Shown here: one piece after another, positions 51,925-64,000 of the stretch
Position numbering within the stretch: position 1 is the stretch's first letter
Layout: every line of letters starts with the position of its first letter
From: Mobula hypostoma
Lineage: Eukaryota
Reading direction: 5' to 3'
Assembly (NCBI RefSeq): GCF_963921235.1
Contig: NC_086097.1
Span: forward strand, 139,874,001-139,938,000
DNA length: 64,000 nt
Notes under the pieces: model-generated
What the model was told of the DNA's origin: nothing
What the model saw: the letters and a program-made list of their open reading frames with translations, nothing else
Database searches by the model: none
Position numbers and translations under genes: made by a program

Positions 51925-52440
51925 CTGGACTGCGCTGCACGCTCTGAACGTTGGGCGTGCGTGCTGGGAGCCTGGAGTACTTGCTGTGACCGCCGGTGTC
52001 ACCTCTTGTCTGCATTGTGCCCTCCTCTCCTAGCGATGTTGCCTTGGTGACTGTGGCGGTTTCGAACTCAAGGAGAGGAGTGCAGGGCTGGTGCCGCCGC
52101 TACGCTCGCCCGAGGCTCCGGCGCAGGCCTCGGCCTGGCCTGCAGGCAACGCTGGGATGGCGATGAAGATCCGCAGCGGCGGCAGGAGCAGCCGGGGCCT
52201 GGCTGAGGAGCGGCAGCGCTGTCCGCCCGCCAAAACCAGGGTCTCGCAGAAGGGCACTAGCCCGCGCCGGGACAGGCGGAAGGACTGCGCTGCCCCCGAG
52301 GCCAAGGCTGGCGGCTTGGGATTCTCCGGCAAATGGGTGTCCGGCATTGGGGAGCAGCTCGGCCTCCATGATGGAGCGATCAGCAGCCTAGGGACCACCA
52401 TCCTACTCGGTGAGGGGTGGGGGCGAGAGGCAGCCTGAGC
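51925..52440. promoter_or_regulatory. CpG island over the 5' end and exon 1 of DPY19L1
   Basis: The clearest dense CpG cluster in unique sequence in the window; coincides with the first coding exon. Confidence 0.8.
52157..52409 (+). CDS. DPY19L1: DPY19L1-type C-mannosyltransferase, coding exon 1 (MAMKIRSGG...LGTTILL)
   Basis: GGGATGG Kozak context, basic N-terminal tail, TTILL before TM1, donor GTGAGG. The start codon and the exact paralogue (DPY19L1 vs DPY19L1-like) are not certain. Confidence 0.8.
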
Positions 52441-52831
52441 AGGGGAGGATGAACGGGGTGGAAGGGATTGTAGTGTAGAGAGTGGTGGGTTGATGCAGGT
52501 GAAATAGGAGGGGATGGGGATCCGGGTGTGGGAGGGAATGGAAGATTGTCTGAGAAAGGAGGGGTGGGATAGAGAAAAGGGGAAGGGAGGAGTTTGAAAG
52601 GGGAGATGAAGAAAGTACGGAGGGAGGTGGTGGGGGTCGAGAGGGACTGAAGAAGAAGCTTCAGGCTGGGAAAGAGGAGGAGGAAAGGGAAGTTAGTGAG
52701 ATAGTGAGGAGGACTAGGTGGGTGGGAGGAAAAGAGGCAAAAGAAGCTGTGTTAGTTGGAGGGAATGCAGTTATTTGAGGTGGAGTAGAAATGTAACGGA
52801 GTGAGCCGAGCAGGGTAGGAGGGGAAGGAGC

Positions 52832-52877
52832 GTGGTGGTGGTGGTGGTGGTGGTGGTGGTGGTGGTGGTGGTGGTGG
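52832..52877. repeat. (GGT)n microsatellite in intron 1
   Basis: Seen directly. Confidence 0.97.
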
Positions 52878-53097
52878 GGGGGAGGGGGTAAATGCAGTTG
52901 CAGAGAGTGGTGGCAGGAGAGACAGCGGGGGGGGGGGTGGCGGGGGGGCAGATAGGTAACAAAGGAGATTTATCACTCATTTTCATTCTGGTCTGTACAA
53001 TCAGCTTTTATTGGGAAACAAAGCTGGTGGTAAAATTTCGGATAACTAAGAAAACAAGTTCATATCCTTATTGATCATTTGCCTCCCTCTCTCATAG

Positions 53098-53122
53098 CTA
53101 CCATTGTGGGAATTTTGCATTG
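53098..53122 (+). CDS. DPY19L1: DPY19L1 exon 2, 25-nt micro-exon (ATIVGILHW)
   Basis: CTCTCTCATAG acceptor, GTGAGT donor; bridges phase 1 to phase 2 and supplies the conserved LHW. Confidence 0.9.
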
Positions 53123-53360
53123 GTGAGTATATTCTGATTTGCTTAAGGTTATCAAAGCTGCTGTTTGAGTGCAGAATCCAGTGAAATTTTAGTTTCGCCA
53201 AAATGCATTAATGTCAAACTGACTGTATAGCTATCCTTGTGAAAGAAAATCAAATGTTTTTTCATCATTATATACCAATGTTCAGTCTCCTTTAATAAGC
53301 TGGGTAAGTGTCAAATTCTGCCACAAACAGTGCCTGGGTAGTTTGGTACGATTGCGTAGA

Positions 53361-53862
53361 CACTCAGTGGTCATTTTTTTAGGTACAGCAGTGGAACTCA
53401 GTGTGGTCTTCTGTTGCTGTGTTTCATCCACTTCAAGGTTTTTCGTGTGGTGCATTCAGAGATGATCTTCTGCACACCACTCTTGTAACAGGTAGTTATT
53501 TGAGTTACTGTCTCCTTCCGTCTGTTTGAACCAGTTTGGCCATTCTCCTTTGACCACTCTTATTAACTGCCACTCACTGGATGTTTTTTTTTTGCTTTTC
53601 GCACCTTTCTCTGTAAACTCTGGAGAGTATTGTTAAAGTCCCAAGATATCATAAGTTTGTGAGATACTCAAACCACCCTGTCTGGCACCAACAATCATTC
53701 CATGATCAGAATCACTTATATCACATTTCCTCTCCATTCTGATGTTTGGTCTGAACCGCATGGACATGTTTACTTTTTTTTATGTAATGAGTTGCTGCCT
53801 CGTTGGCTGATTAGATATTTGCATTAACAAGCAGGTGTACCTAATAGTGTGGCCACTGAGTG
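53361..53862. mobile_element. Non-autonomous Tc1/mariner-type DNA transposon
   Basis: TIRs CACTCAGTGGTCA...AGGTACA and TGTACCTAATAG..GGCCACTGAGTG, with TA on the right flank. Confidence 0.8.
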
Positions 53863-54439
53863 TATACAGGCAAGTGAATTGGAGATAAGAGGATGCAGAA
53901 TATGATAAAAGGATGGTTTTATTACTTGGATAACCTATCAGGCGAAAAAGATCTTTGGATTCAACATCAAATTTATTTTTCTGGGAGAAACTGGGGAAAC
54001 TTGAACTAGAGAGCTGAACAAATCTTAAGATTTTCCCATCTTTCTCAATAATTTGCTGCAGTTTGTTATCAAATGAATTAGTGGCTGTGTTTTTTTAAGG
54101 AGATGCAGGTTTTTTTTTAAAGTAGGAGCATTTATTTCCTCTGCATTTTGCTGAAATATGTTCGGTCATATAGTTTGAGTGTGATTGATTCCAGCAGGAT
54201 ACTGAGGGATATTTTAGTATTTATTTTGTACAAAGTTTGGTCAGATAAGAGAGCTAACAAATAATACCAAAGAGGTCAGATGAATGTTTGAGATGGTGGA
54301 AGGAGCTTTGCATTGAAAGAGATCAAAATACTTTCTAAACAAGAACAGCAGGAGGACTGGAGAGGGAGACACAAAGTATAGAAGTTGAGTTAACTTTTAT
54401 TGTTGGCTTGATCTTGGAGTCTATAATCAAAGAAGCTTA

Positions 54440-54870
54440 ACTGAATAAAGCCAAACCAAGTCAATGTAAGTTTATTAATGAAACTTGTATTTGATAATTT
54501 ACCTGCGTTCTTTTGAGGATATGACAAGCAGATTTGATAGAAGGGAACCAGTGATAGTGTATTTGGAATTTCCGAATGCATTCCATATTGTGCCATCGAA
54601 AAGGCTGTTGCACAAGATGAGTTATAACACTGAAGGAAGTGTATTAGTGTGGTTTGATGATTGGTTATTGCATAGAAAGCGAAAAGTCAGAATAAATAGG
54701 TCATTCTCAGGCCCCTACTTATTTAGTATGGAAGAGGGAGTGGTGTGTAAGGTATCCAAGTTTGCTGATGACATAGAGGCAGTGGAAGTATGTGCAATAA
54801 TGAACTTGTTTGGATTCTGCTGTAGGATGTAGAAGGCAAAAAAAAACCGCAAATGAAGTTTAATGTAGGA
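54440..54870 (+). mobile_element. Decayed CR1 RT fragment
   Basis: VYLEFPNAFHIVPSKRLLHK and SKFADD motifs. Confidence 0.8.
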
Positions 54871-57189
54871 AGGTATTGACAGAGGACTTTCAAAACACAA
54901 TTCTATTTAGTGTTGTATTATCAGGTAACTGAAGGAAAAGATTCAGAATGTTCCCAAAACTACTTTGGCAAAGTGTAATATTCCCAGACACCTTGGGATC
55001 TCTTGCCTGTGATTCTGAAAATGGAGACAATGCATTTTGGTTGATGTTGAGCCCAGTGACTGGGACACACATAGCCTGGTGTGAATGGCGGAAGGAGTAT
55101 GCCTCCTCCCAATCACCATTTCTCTCTGGCACTTCCTGATTCCCCTGCAACAAGTGACCTAGTTTCACATGAGGCTTATTAGCCATGTTATAAGCCACAG
55201 CACAGGGGCGGAACCAAGTTGCCCTCAACTCCGCAGAGGTGCTGAGACTAAGAAACTGAAAGCTAGTTAGTCCTCTCCAGATTGCTTGCATTGTAGTGTG
55301 CTCAGTGCCAAGGACAGGGCTCTGTTGGTCATTGTTTAATATTTTCTTCTTTGCGCAGGATTGAGGGTGATTTGCATCATTCTACTCTAATCCTGCAAGT
55401 TCGGAGGCAACTGATGAGACCAACGTGGGTCCCGCAATCACTGCCACAGGCAATGGGTAGTTTGTGTGGTGAAGTCCCTGCCATTTATACTAGGCTCTGT
55501 TGGCTCCAGACAAATAATATCAGTCCTTGGTGCCATCCTGAGCACTGCTTCTCAACTTTTAATGGTCTTGTTACAGTTTTCACATGAGTTGGTAGTGTTA
55601 TTAAACTTTTTTCAAAGTGGCCTTGAAAATATCCTTGAATTCTTTTCACTCCCTGACTGGTAATCTTCTGACAGAACTCAGAATAAGGTGTCTGTTGGAT
55701 GTCTGGAGTCAGGCACATACAGGACTTGACCTGCTCCTCAGTGTCATCTGTATGTAATTAGAGCCTAGCTGCTGGGGATGTCGGCCTGGGAGAGATTCAC
55801 TGATTCACTTGCTTGTTCATTAGATTTGGAAGGTTTTGTGGAGCTTGTGTTGGTGGAATCTCCTCTTCACTCTTTTCTTCAGACAGCCAAAGATAGGGCT
55901 GATACATTGGACTTCCTTATCTTTGCCTTTCCTGAGGGCTGGCTCTTGAGATGAGTAGTGGACCATGTTTGCCAGGATCTAATGGTGTACCTTTTTATGG
56001 AGGTTGCATTGTACAGTGGGGGCAGCTTCATAGAGGACCATTGTTTTGAGGATGTTATATGAGGTCCATCGTCTCTGACACTTCATTGAAAGAGTTGGCA
56101 GTGTCTTTGAGCTGGGCTTCTGTGTCAGTAATCCGGAGACAGAAATGGGTTGCCAGCATTGTTGAAAGAAACTTTGTGGTATAGATAAGCCAGGTGACTA
56201 CAAACCTATTTAGACAGGCGGATAACCTCTTAGCATCTTAATTCAAAATAATTTCCGAGTCATTCAAAATGTGAGAAATATTTTAGAAGAGTCATTACAG
56301 ATCTGTCAAACATGACTTGTGCTGGACAATTGTGCATGCGTGAGAGAAACATTTGTGGCTGGTATTTCCGTGGGATTTCACAATCTCATCTTTAGCAAAG
56401 CTTTGCAATCAGTGAGGTATGTTTGATGTATAGTCACTCATGTAGGGAATACAGAAGCTAATTTGGGCACCAAGGTCCAACAAAATCAGTATTATGATAA
56501 CGTCCAGATCATTTAGTTTTAATATTGTCGATTCTTCAAATCAGGCTCAAAACACTGAGAAGAATCTCCTTACCAGCTATAAAGCATTGCCTTTGGACCT
56601 TCATAATTTTTAAAGCTTGGTTCAGCTTCCAAAATATGACTGCATTTTTTGAAGTCTCATGTGAAGCAGAAGTTGTATTAAACTACACTAGAGAGCTAGA
56701 GGAATTCTCTATGATGAGATCTCTTAAATTGGGATTAAGGACAGGAGGAATATCTTTGCATACTTCACGATATGGTACAGAGAAGGGCTCTGAATACACT
56801 GTTGTTCTGAAGAAATTAAGTGTTCTTCAGCTGAGCCACTGGCTACATTGTGTTCTTAGTTTTGAAAAGTTTTATGTAATTTAAAGGTCTTGTAAGACAT
56901 TTTTCCCACACCCCCCACCCCCATCCTTTAGGGTCTCATATGTATATCAGATCTGTGGTTCTTCTGCTGTTAATATTCTTGCTTGAGCTCCGTGTAATTG
57001 TTTTCTATCTAGTGAGGGACAAATAGATTGAAGGAATTTCTAAATTGTTTGAAAGCTGGTATCCAGCTGTTTATATTCACTGGTCATTTGGTGACAGAAT
57101 TGTGTATGCCTACTGAATAAACAGCTATTTTATGGACCTTTTTTCAATTGTCAAAAGTAATGTTTAAACATTGTTCTAATTTATTTCAG

Positions 57190-57277
57190 GTACCACATAG
57201 CCAGCCTCTTTGAAAATAATCAACATTTCTCTCATCTTTCAACATTGGAACGTGAAATGGCCTTTCGTACTGAAATG
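57190..57277 (+). CDS. DPY19L1: DPY19L1 exon 3 (YHIASLFENNQHFSHLSTLEREMAFRTEM)
   Basis: Hallmark DPY19 motif HFSHLSTLEREMAFRTEM; TTTCAG / GTAAGT splice sites. Confidence 0.97.
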
Positions 57278-58688
57278 GTAAGTATTTGATTTAGCTTATT
57301 AGTGATTAGACTCAGAGTCCCAGTGTACTCAAAGACAACAGTATGGAAATTAATTGGTAGTTTACCAGCAGCTTGTTTTCTGCATTAGTTGAATTCTGGT
57401 CAGCAACCTTCTTTTTGATAAAGTGCATCTGGTTTCTCAAAATGAGCTGCTTTGTCAAACCAAGTTGTAAGGCAAACACAATCCACATGGCATTTCATAC
57501 TACAGACAAAATTGAATTGTAAATACCTCAGATTTTACCAATTTAATTTTGCATTTACAATGAAGGTTGGTCATTGGAAGAGATTGGATGATTGGAGTGA
57601 TCTGACATTTTGATACAGATGCCGTGGAGGAAACCAAATTAGAGAAAATAATGAGGACTAGTTCTGCAGTTAGCACTTCATTAGAGCAGTGGAAACCTTG
57701 TATTTGAGCATGAAATGAGGAAGAAGAATCATCATTTTTGGTTGCAAACAGAAAAACTATAGAAAATTGTGACCTTATTTGTCCTCAGAAAGACATGTTT
57801 TCTTTCAGGTTTGATGCAGTTCCACAGCACTATGTGGAGCTAGCCTGAGCCTTTCCTTCAACTGTGTTTTACATTTGATGGGTCAGAACTGAGTACCTTT
57901 ATGGGATCAGATCCTGTTAATACACTACGTGGCCCATTGTGGGCTCATTATGACTGATCTCTGCTCTGTTTATTGGGATTTCTCGTGTTCACCCAATGTC
58001 TTTCTCAATCCTTTCCAGTCTAAACAAAATTCAGCCGGTTTCCTTTAAGGTTATAATTCTACTCACATCCCACAGATCCTCCCCAAGGCTAACATGGAAA
58101 TTAAGTAAGATGACAGAATGAGGAATTGAACTGAGACACTTGACCAGTGACTGATTAATTGTGCTGTTCATCTTGGTCTTTCTCTCTTTTTGATGTCATT
58201 GCAGTTAGTGTTAAAAAACAGTAACTGAGGAAGTCAGCACATTGGCTCAGTGAATTTGGAACTGTTTAAGGATGAACAGATGTAACGGTAGTTTGGAGGG
58301 ATGAGTCAAAAGTAAATTTATTAACCTTGCCTACAAATCATCATTGTTCATTTAGAAATTAAAACAATTTATATTGTGTGTATATGGAGGGAGGTTGGAA
58401 TAATCTTTGAGAATAGTTAATCTGATATTTTAAAAATCTGGATATAAAATCAATTGAAATATTGGTTACAATGCAGAATGAGTGGTTTTTAATACGGTTC
58501 TGTAATAGGAATAAACTGTAGCAAGCTAGAGTTACATGAAGTATTCTTTCCACAATATGTTTGTACAGTGAGCTAGAGTTCATTGTTCCCTTGACATTTC
58601 TGGTTTGTTTTTCAAAGTCTGTTTTGGACATGTTGGAGTTTATCTTAGTTATATTGACATAATGCTTTAAAATATTTTCTCATTTTAG

Positions 58689-58826
58689 GGATTGTATTAT
58701 TCGTTCTTTAAGACCATTATAGAGGCACCTTCATATTTTGAAGGTTTAACTTCCATAATGAACGATTGTTTGACTGAATATCCTTTGGTTATCAACACCT
58801 TGAAGCGGTTCAATCTTTATCCAGAG
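58689..58826 (+). CDS. DPY19L1: DPY19L1 exon 4 ([15 protein letters not shown]...[12 protein letters not shown])
   Basis: Conserved DPY19 sequence; TTTTAG / GTTGGT; phase 0-0. Confidence 0.97.
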
Positions 58827-59826
58827 GTTGGTAATCTCTTGAAAGAATTTATTATTTTCATGACATCTGGTTCTGAATGACAATGCATCAAGTTCTGTTT
58901 ATTCATCAGTATAAAGATTAAAACAGGCAGAATACTAGCTGGCATTTAGGAAAGTTCTTTAATGTTCTCCCATCCTGCCCTGCTATTGCACAAATTCCAC
59001 ATTATTTAAAATAGCATTCCCTAATGTAGTCTTGTCCATGATCCTGCACATGCACCATCCTTACTCTTTCCTCATCAACCTTAACTCTAGTTTACTGTTT
59101 CTCCCATTCTTCCTGGGAACTTGATTCATGCAGATTCCTGCTTGCTGATCGACTTTTTCCGAATGGAATCTTAACATATTCTGTGTCTCTGTTGCTTAAT
59201 GCAGATTTGATTATTTTGTGACTTGCATTGGCTGCTGTAAGGCAGGCAGCAACAGTTTATTTAGAAGGCAGTGCCACAAATGAATTTTTGCCATGGGGTG
59301 AAATGTTGCAAGCAATAATTAGGGAAGAAATATTGGCTGATAAACTCATAGATGTCACTACACTTGAATTAATGCCTCCAGCTCCATAATATTTCCTTGC
59401 ACTGACAGAAAGGCACGTAAGTCCTTATTTTGCATTGATATGGTACTGCTTCACTACTGTGGTGCCTTGCACTTCAGTGTTTAAGTCTTGGATGGGTCGC
59501 AAACCCACAGCCTTCTGCCTTACAATTGCTATTGCTATTAACATGCATCATTATAATTGCTTTTTTCAAAAAAGTTGGATATTGTTGACAATAGTGATTT
59601 CCTCTCTCGTTTGCCAACTTTTGGGTGACTTTAGTCAGGTGCTATCAGGAATATATTCAATGCTTGGGTGATGAACCCTGTTACTGGGATTGGAAGTGGT
59701 AATGTTCTTGAGCCTGTTTAAGCTATTACTTCCAGCTATCACTTAGTGAAATCTATCTAAAGAGAAATACTTTGCATAGAACTGAGCCCTGTGTAAAGGG
59801 TAAACCTGACTCTTTTGTTTTGGTAG

Positions 59827-59947
59827 GTGGTGCTGGCTAGCTGGTATCGCACTTACATTGCCTGTGCAGATTTTCTTGGCATTCCAACCAAAATATGTTG
59901 GCGTGTAGACAGAGGTCAGGGTTTCACTCCTGTGGAGAGCTGTGAAG
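59827..59947 (+). CDS. DPY19L1: DPY19L1 exon 5 (VVLASWYR...TKICWRVDRGQGFTPVESCE)
   Basis: The TKxCW.V.RG.G..P.ESCEG loop is characteristic of the DPY19L1/L2 subgroup. Confidence 0.97.
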
Positions 59948-60032
59948 GTAAATCGTTACGTGTACTTCAGAACCTGCTTCGGAATATCTATGTGTTAATA
60001 AGCTTAAAATATGATTTTATTTTGTTCAACAG

Positions 60033-60126
60033 GAATGGGCGACCCTGCCTACTTTTATGTCACATTTGTTTTTATTTTAAATGGGCTCATGATGTCACTG
60101 TTTTTCATCTATGGAACATACTTGAG
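60033..60126 (+). CDS. DPY19L1: DPY19L1 exon 6 (GMGDPAYFYVTFVFILNGLMMSLFFIYGTYL); gene continues beyond the window
   Basis: Conserved sequence; CAACAG / GTAAGC; preceded by an 85-bp intron. Confidence 0.97.
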
Positions 60127-61765
60127 GTAAGCATATATTCCAGTACCATTAATAGACGAATCTGCTACATGTTGTTCTGGGCCAGTGACTTGCTCTACCC
60201 AACTAGAGGATTCAGTCATTTAGCAATGAACCAGTAACTGTGGGAATGTCATGGAAGAAATGACCTAAAATTTGCTTTGGAGATCAACTGTGATTTTTTT
60301 AAATTAAGGAAATTCTTGTTGATGTGTACAATTGTGTATTTAGGCAGCAATTAATATGTTAATAACTGTAAAGTATATTTTAGGAGGCTGCATTAGATTG
60401 AAAAATCTCACATTTCCTTGGAAGTGTTGATGCAGTGAGATCCTAGTCTGAGAATCTGAAGATGAAGACTGAGCACAATTAATTGCCGTTTGTGTGAAGC
60501 TTTGTCGGATCGTGGCCAGTACTTCAGTATTTTCCCATTTTTTTTGGTGAATTCCAGATGTCCAAATCATCTTTATAAAAATCTGCTTCTTTGACTTACT
60601 ATCTTCAGATCTGTATTGGTGCCAAACTTAGTATGCTAATATTCTAGAGGAATACCTTGGAACATTTTATTGGGTTAAAGTTATTATATGTTCCTTCAGG
60701 GTTATTCCAGAGAGGAAAATCTTACCTGGGAAGTTGAACTTAACTGGTCTCTTTCATCACCAAACATGGACTCAGGCTGAAAGGTTGACATCTGTGCTGT
60801 TCCTAACAGATGGCTCTTTGAATCCCTTTTTGTGTCTCCTGTCAGTTTTTAACATAGAAATAATCAAACATATTACTTGTCAGAAAGTGTATTTCTTATA
60901 GGCCCTTACCTACCCTCACAGACTTTACTCCTTCTCTACTGCATCTCAACTGCAGTTCCTTTTGTTCCTGTCTTTGTTGAGGCGAGGTGGTTAGTGGGGT
61001 GTGGGGGGAGGTGTGTAGGTAGCACAGTGGCATAGCTGGTGGAGCTGCTGTTTCATAGTTTTGGTGATTCAGGTTCGATCCTGACTTCTGGTGCTATCTC
61101 TGTGAATTTTGCATGTTCTCCCTGTGAAAACAATGAAGTATTTGCTAGTAAGTTAGTTGGTAATGTGGTAGGTGACGGAATTGTTAGGAATATGGGGATA
61201 AATCTCCCAAGTGTTAATGTAAAGTCCTGTCATTTGTCCTTGTGTTCCTTTTTCTTTTTTACATATGTAGTGAAGCTCCTATTGTATATATTTTTCATAT
61301 TCTGGTTTTATATTTCCTAATGTTTGCTAACTGATATCTTCCATTATTTTATCAATTTCTTTAGTCTTTGCCACATTCTAAAGTGCTCCCAGTCCCCATA
61401 CTTCCTGCTATATCTGGCAAATTTATAATCTTCTTTATTGAATATAGTCTTTAATTTCTCATGTCGGCCAAAGATAGACTACATGTTTCTTTTTATAAAC
61501 TGTATAGTGTTTCTTTAGATGCCAGCCATTACCTGTGTGTTGCATAACCTTTTAGTGTAGTTTCCCAGCCAACCATGTTCTTTTCGCCTCTCACATTTTT
61601 GCTGTTTCCTTGGTTTAGAATGAAAACAAGAATTGTGTAAATCTTATCTCTCTATTTTGAATAATTCAAGGCACCAAAAAGCAAACAGCTTGGGTAGGAT
61701 GTGGAAATGAAGGGAGAAGTAAACTGCCTGTGATGTATTAGCATCTCCAAATGGCTGTTCTGTTA

Positions 61766-62211
61766 AGCCTGATTTATACTTGTGCGTACGGGGTATGCCG
61801 TAGGCCTGATTTATACTTCTGCACAGCCCTACGCCGTAGCGAGCATGCGGCGCTCTGCAATTCACTGCCAAAATGCTAGTTGGCGGTGGGGTTTCTGTGC
61901 CACTGTGTTGAGTTTCTTCGTGAGAGACATGGACGAGGAAATGCATTTCAAATATTTTTGGATGTCAGCAGGTAGATTTGACGATTTGGTTCATCGTCTC
62001 CAACCATTTATTTCACATCAGTGTACAGATGTGGTGGAGAAAAGCATTGTAGGAGGCAATGCGATGCTACCAAGCTGACCAATCACAGTTGTTGCGGTCT
62101 GTGTCGCTGCGACGTATGAGTTACTTTTTTGGGGAGGTGCACGTCACCCTACGGCATAGGATACGCGGTACCTATAGCGTACGTTTGACGCAGAAGTATA
62201 AAAATCAGGCT
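61766..62211 (+). mobile_element. PIF/Harbinger non-autonomous deletion derivative
   Basis: TIRs AGCCTGATTTATACTT.TGCGT and ACGCAGAAGTATAAAAATCAGGCT, TTA/TAA flanks, transposase N-terminal remnant [27 protein letters not shown]. Confidence 0.85.
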
Positions 62212-63381
62212 TAAGATATTCACAGTCTGAATCAGTTTGCATATCTAATTATCATGACAATAACCACTCCTTGGAGTTCCTGCACTGCAGGCATTTCTCT
62301 TTTAAAATGTTAATCCATCTGGCAATTTCTAATACCTCAAGTTTAGCAGAAATGGTTTCTAATGGTTCAATGTTTAAAATCTAGAGCTTTGTCATTTTTC
62401 AGCAACTGCAAGGAACCTTCAAATGGCTTTATTTAAAAGCTTTCACACTTTCACTCACTAACCAGAAGTAAATCTGGATTTTTCCTACATTGTATGTAGG
62501 TCAAAACATATCCATATTTCATTTTTGGTCCTCAGAATTGCATTTTCATTGACCTTTTGTTTTTGGATTGTTTTACTTTTAGAGCTGGTTTTGGTAATCT
62601 GACACAAGGAGTGGAAAATCCTCTTAGATTTAATTTCCTGTTAAGAATTCACTCTCTTTCAGTATCTTTGCTCCCGGATCTTGCAATCTCACTTCCTGAA
62701 GCGCTAATCAGTTTTCAGATTGGAACTGTTGTTTGTATGTCACAGATTTTTAATCCTCTGAAGTAGTTCTTCTTAAGTAGTTAAATGAAATTCCTGGTAT
62801 TTTACCAGGCAGAGAAGCAGTAGCACGGGAACTTCTGTCAATTTGTGAACTCACAAATATAATGAGCAAATGTAATTGTTTGATGGGAATAGCTATGACA
62901 AAATTATTAGTGTTTGGTTGTCAGTTAGTTGTCTCTTCCTTCTGACCTTCTCCATTCCCAATCACTCCTCAATGCTGTCAGGGAGGAGGAAGTATCAGGT
63001 AGAATCAGTCTGTTAAATCTATAACAAATGGTGCAAAATACGTTGAGCACTATATTAAATGTTATTTTATTCTCATTTGGTTTCTGGATGTTACTGACAG
63101 GACTAGCATTCACTGCTGGTCCGCAGTGACTGTGAGAAGATGGTGTTTATCTGTTGGAATGTAAATCAAAAGAAGGGTAGACTCTGTATTTCTGAAATGA
63201 AACTAGAAAAGTTTGGAAGCACTCACCAGGTCAGGCGACATCTGTGGAGTGATATTGAGTTAACTTTTAGGTCAATGATCCATCATCAGAATGAACTTCG
63301 TTATTGTGCTTTCAGAACTGAATAGCTAACTGGGCCATCTTAGAGTAATTTTGAATCAAACAGATCCTGCCTGGAGGTGTA

Positions 63382-64000
63382 CCATAAATTCCGGTGTATA
63401 AACTGAGAATTTGGCCCTAAATTTTGTCCTAAAATTAGGGGGTCAGCTTATACAGAGGGTGCCAACTTTGGAAAAACGAATACACAGAAGACAGGTCGTA
63501 TTTATTGGCTGTTTTTGAGTCAAATTTGTTCCACTGTTGACGCATGAATTCTTTGAATGGTTTGTTTAAACTCACATCTAGTGGCTGGAGCATGGACATC
63601 AAACCACCGGAGATGACTGCAGTGTCCGTATTTTCAGCTTTCAATGCTGCTTTTGTCTCACCTGACAAGTGCACTTTGAACGTGTCCCAGACAAGTAGCT
63701 TCTTTTCCTTCCCGAAATCTTCTGGACGTTGATGCCACACCTCTTTAACCCACTTCAAGCAACCCGCTTCGTCCATCCAGCAGCATTTTTGGACGTAAAC
63801 GACAACACCCCACGGGAATTTTCTGAGCAATCTTTGTTTTTTGTCTCAATACAAGATCATGTCTATTCATAAATCGGGTGCACCAAACTTCGCATAGCTT
63901 TGAAATTTTCGCTGACCTTACGGTGTTTTTCATCCCATTTCAACGCTTGAACTCAAATCATTTCTTTGGTAACAATGTACCCAGACGATCGCTGGTGATT
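63382..64000 (-). mobile_element. pogo/Tigger-family DNA transposon, internally deleted, running off the right edge
   Basis: DDE_1 motifs LLVWD.F..H and GG....LQPLDVSLNKPFK; CENP-B HTH remnant WCTRFMNRHDLVLRQKT; TA plus TIR CCATAAATTCCGGTGTATAA at 63380. Confidence 0.92.

Noticed and set aside
54870..56160. Possible antisense RTE-like LINE remnant
   Set aside because: Too decayed to assign a family by eye; not listed as a feature.
63435..63933. Domesticated POGK/TIGD host gene
   Set aside because: Frameshifted and internally deleted, with a TIR and TA flank, lying antisense downstream of DPY19L1 exon 6 (probably intronic): a transposon fossil.

Overview
This is vertebrate genomic DNA, not prokaryotic. 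The repeat inventory (CR1, Penelope, V-SINE and Deu-SINE-like elements) points to a cartilaginous fish, probably a ray; this is inference. The left ~52 kb is GC-rich and dense in minisatellites: a >13 kb 37-bp G-rich array, a 32-bp array, two 33-bp arrays, a 23-bp array and a 17-bp array. The right 12 kb is AT-rich and holds the first six coding exons of a DPY19L1-type tryptophan C-mannosyltransferase gene (+ strand, CpG-island first exon, 25-nt micro-exon; the gene continues past the window). The main non-obvious signal is a scattered set of minus-strand exon remnants from about 44.4 kb down to 15.1 kb. In order, they read as signal peptide, C-type-lectin-like segment, pentraxin C-terminus, GPS motif, TM1, ECL2/TM5 and helix 8 of an ADGRD2/GPR144-like adhesion GPCR, with nonsense codons, frameshifts and damaged splice donors (probable unprocessed pseudogene). 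A candidate 3' end of an unidentified + strand gene converges on it at about 14.7 kb. Other findings are minisatellites that arose inside transposon sequences, an array with an inverted core, a T-box/E-box-motif array and a four-level nested transposon cluster with readable TSDs. The longest ORFs in the supplied track are repeat artefacts. Protein and TE comparisons are from recalled family sequences, not database searches.
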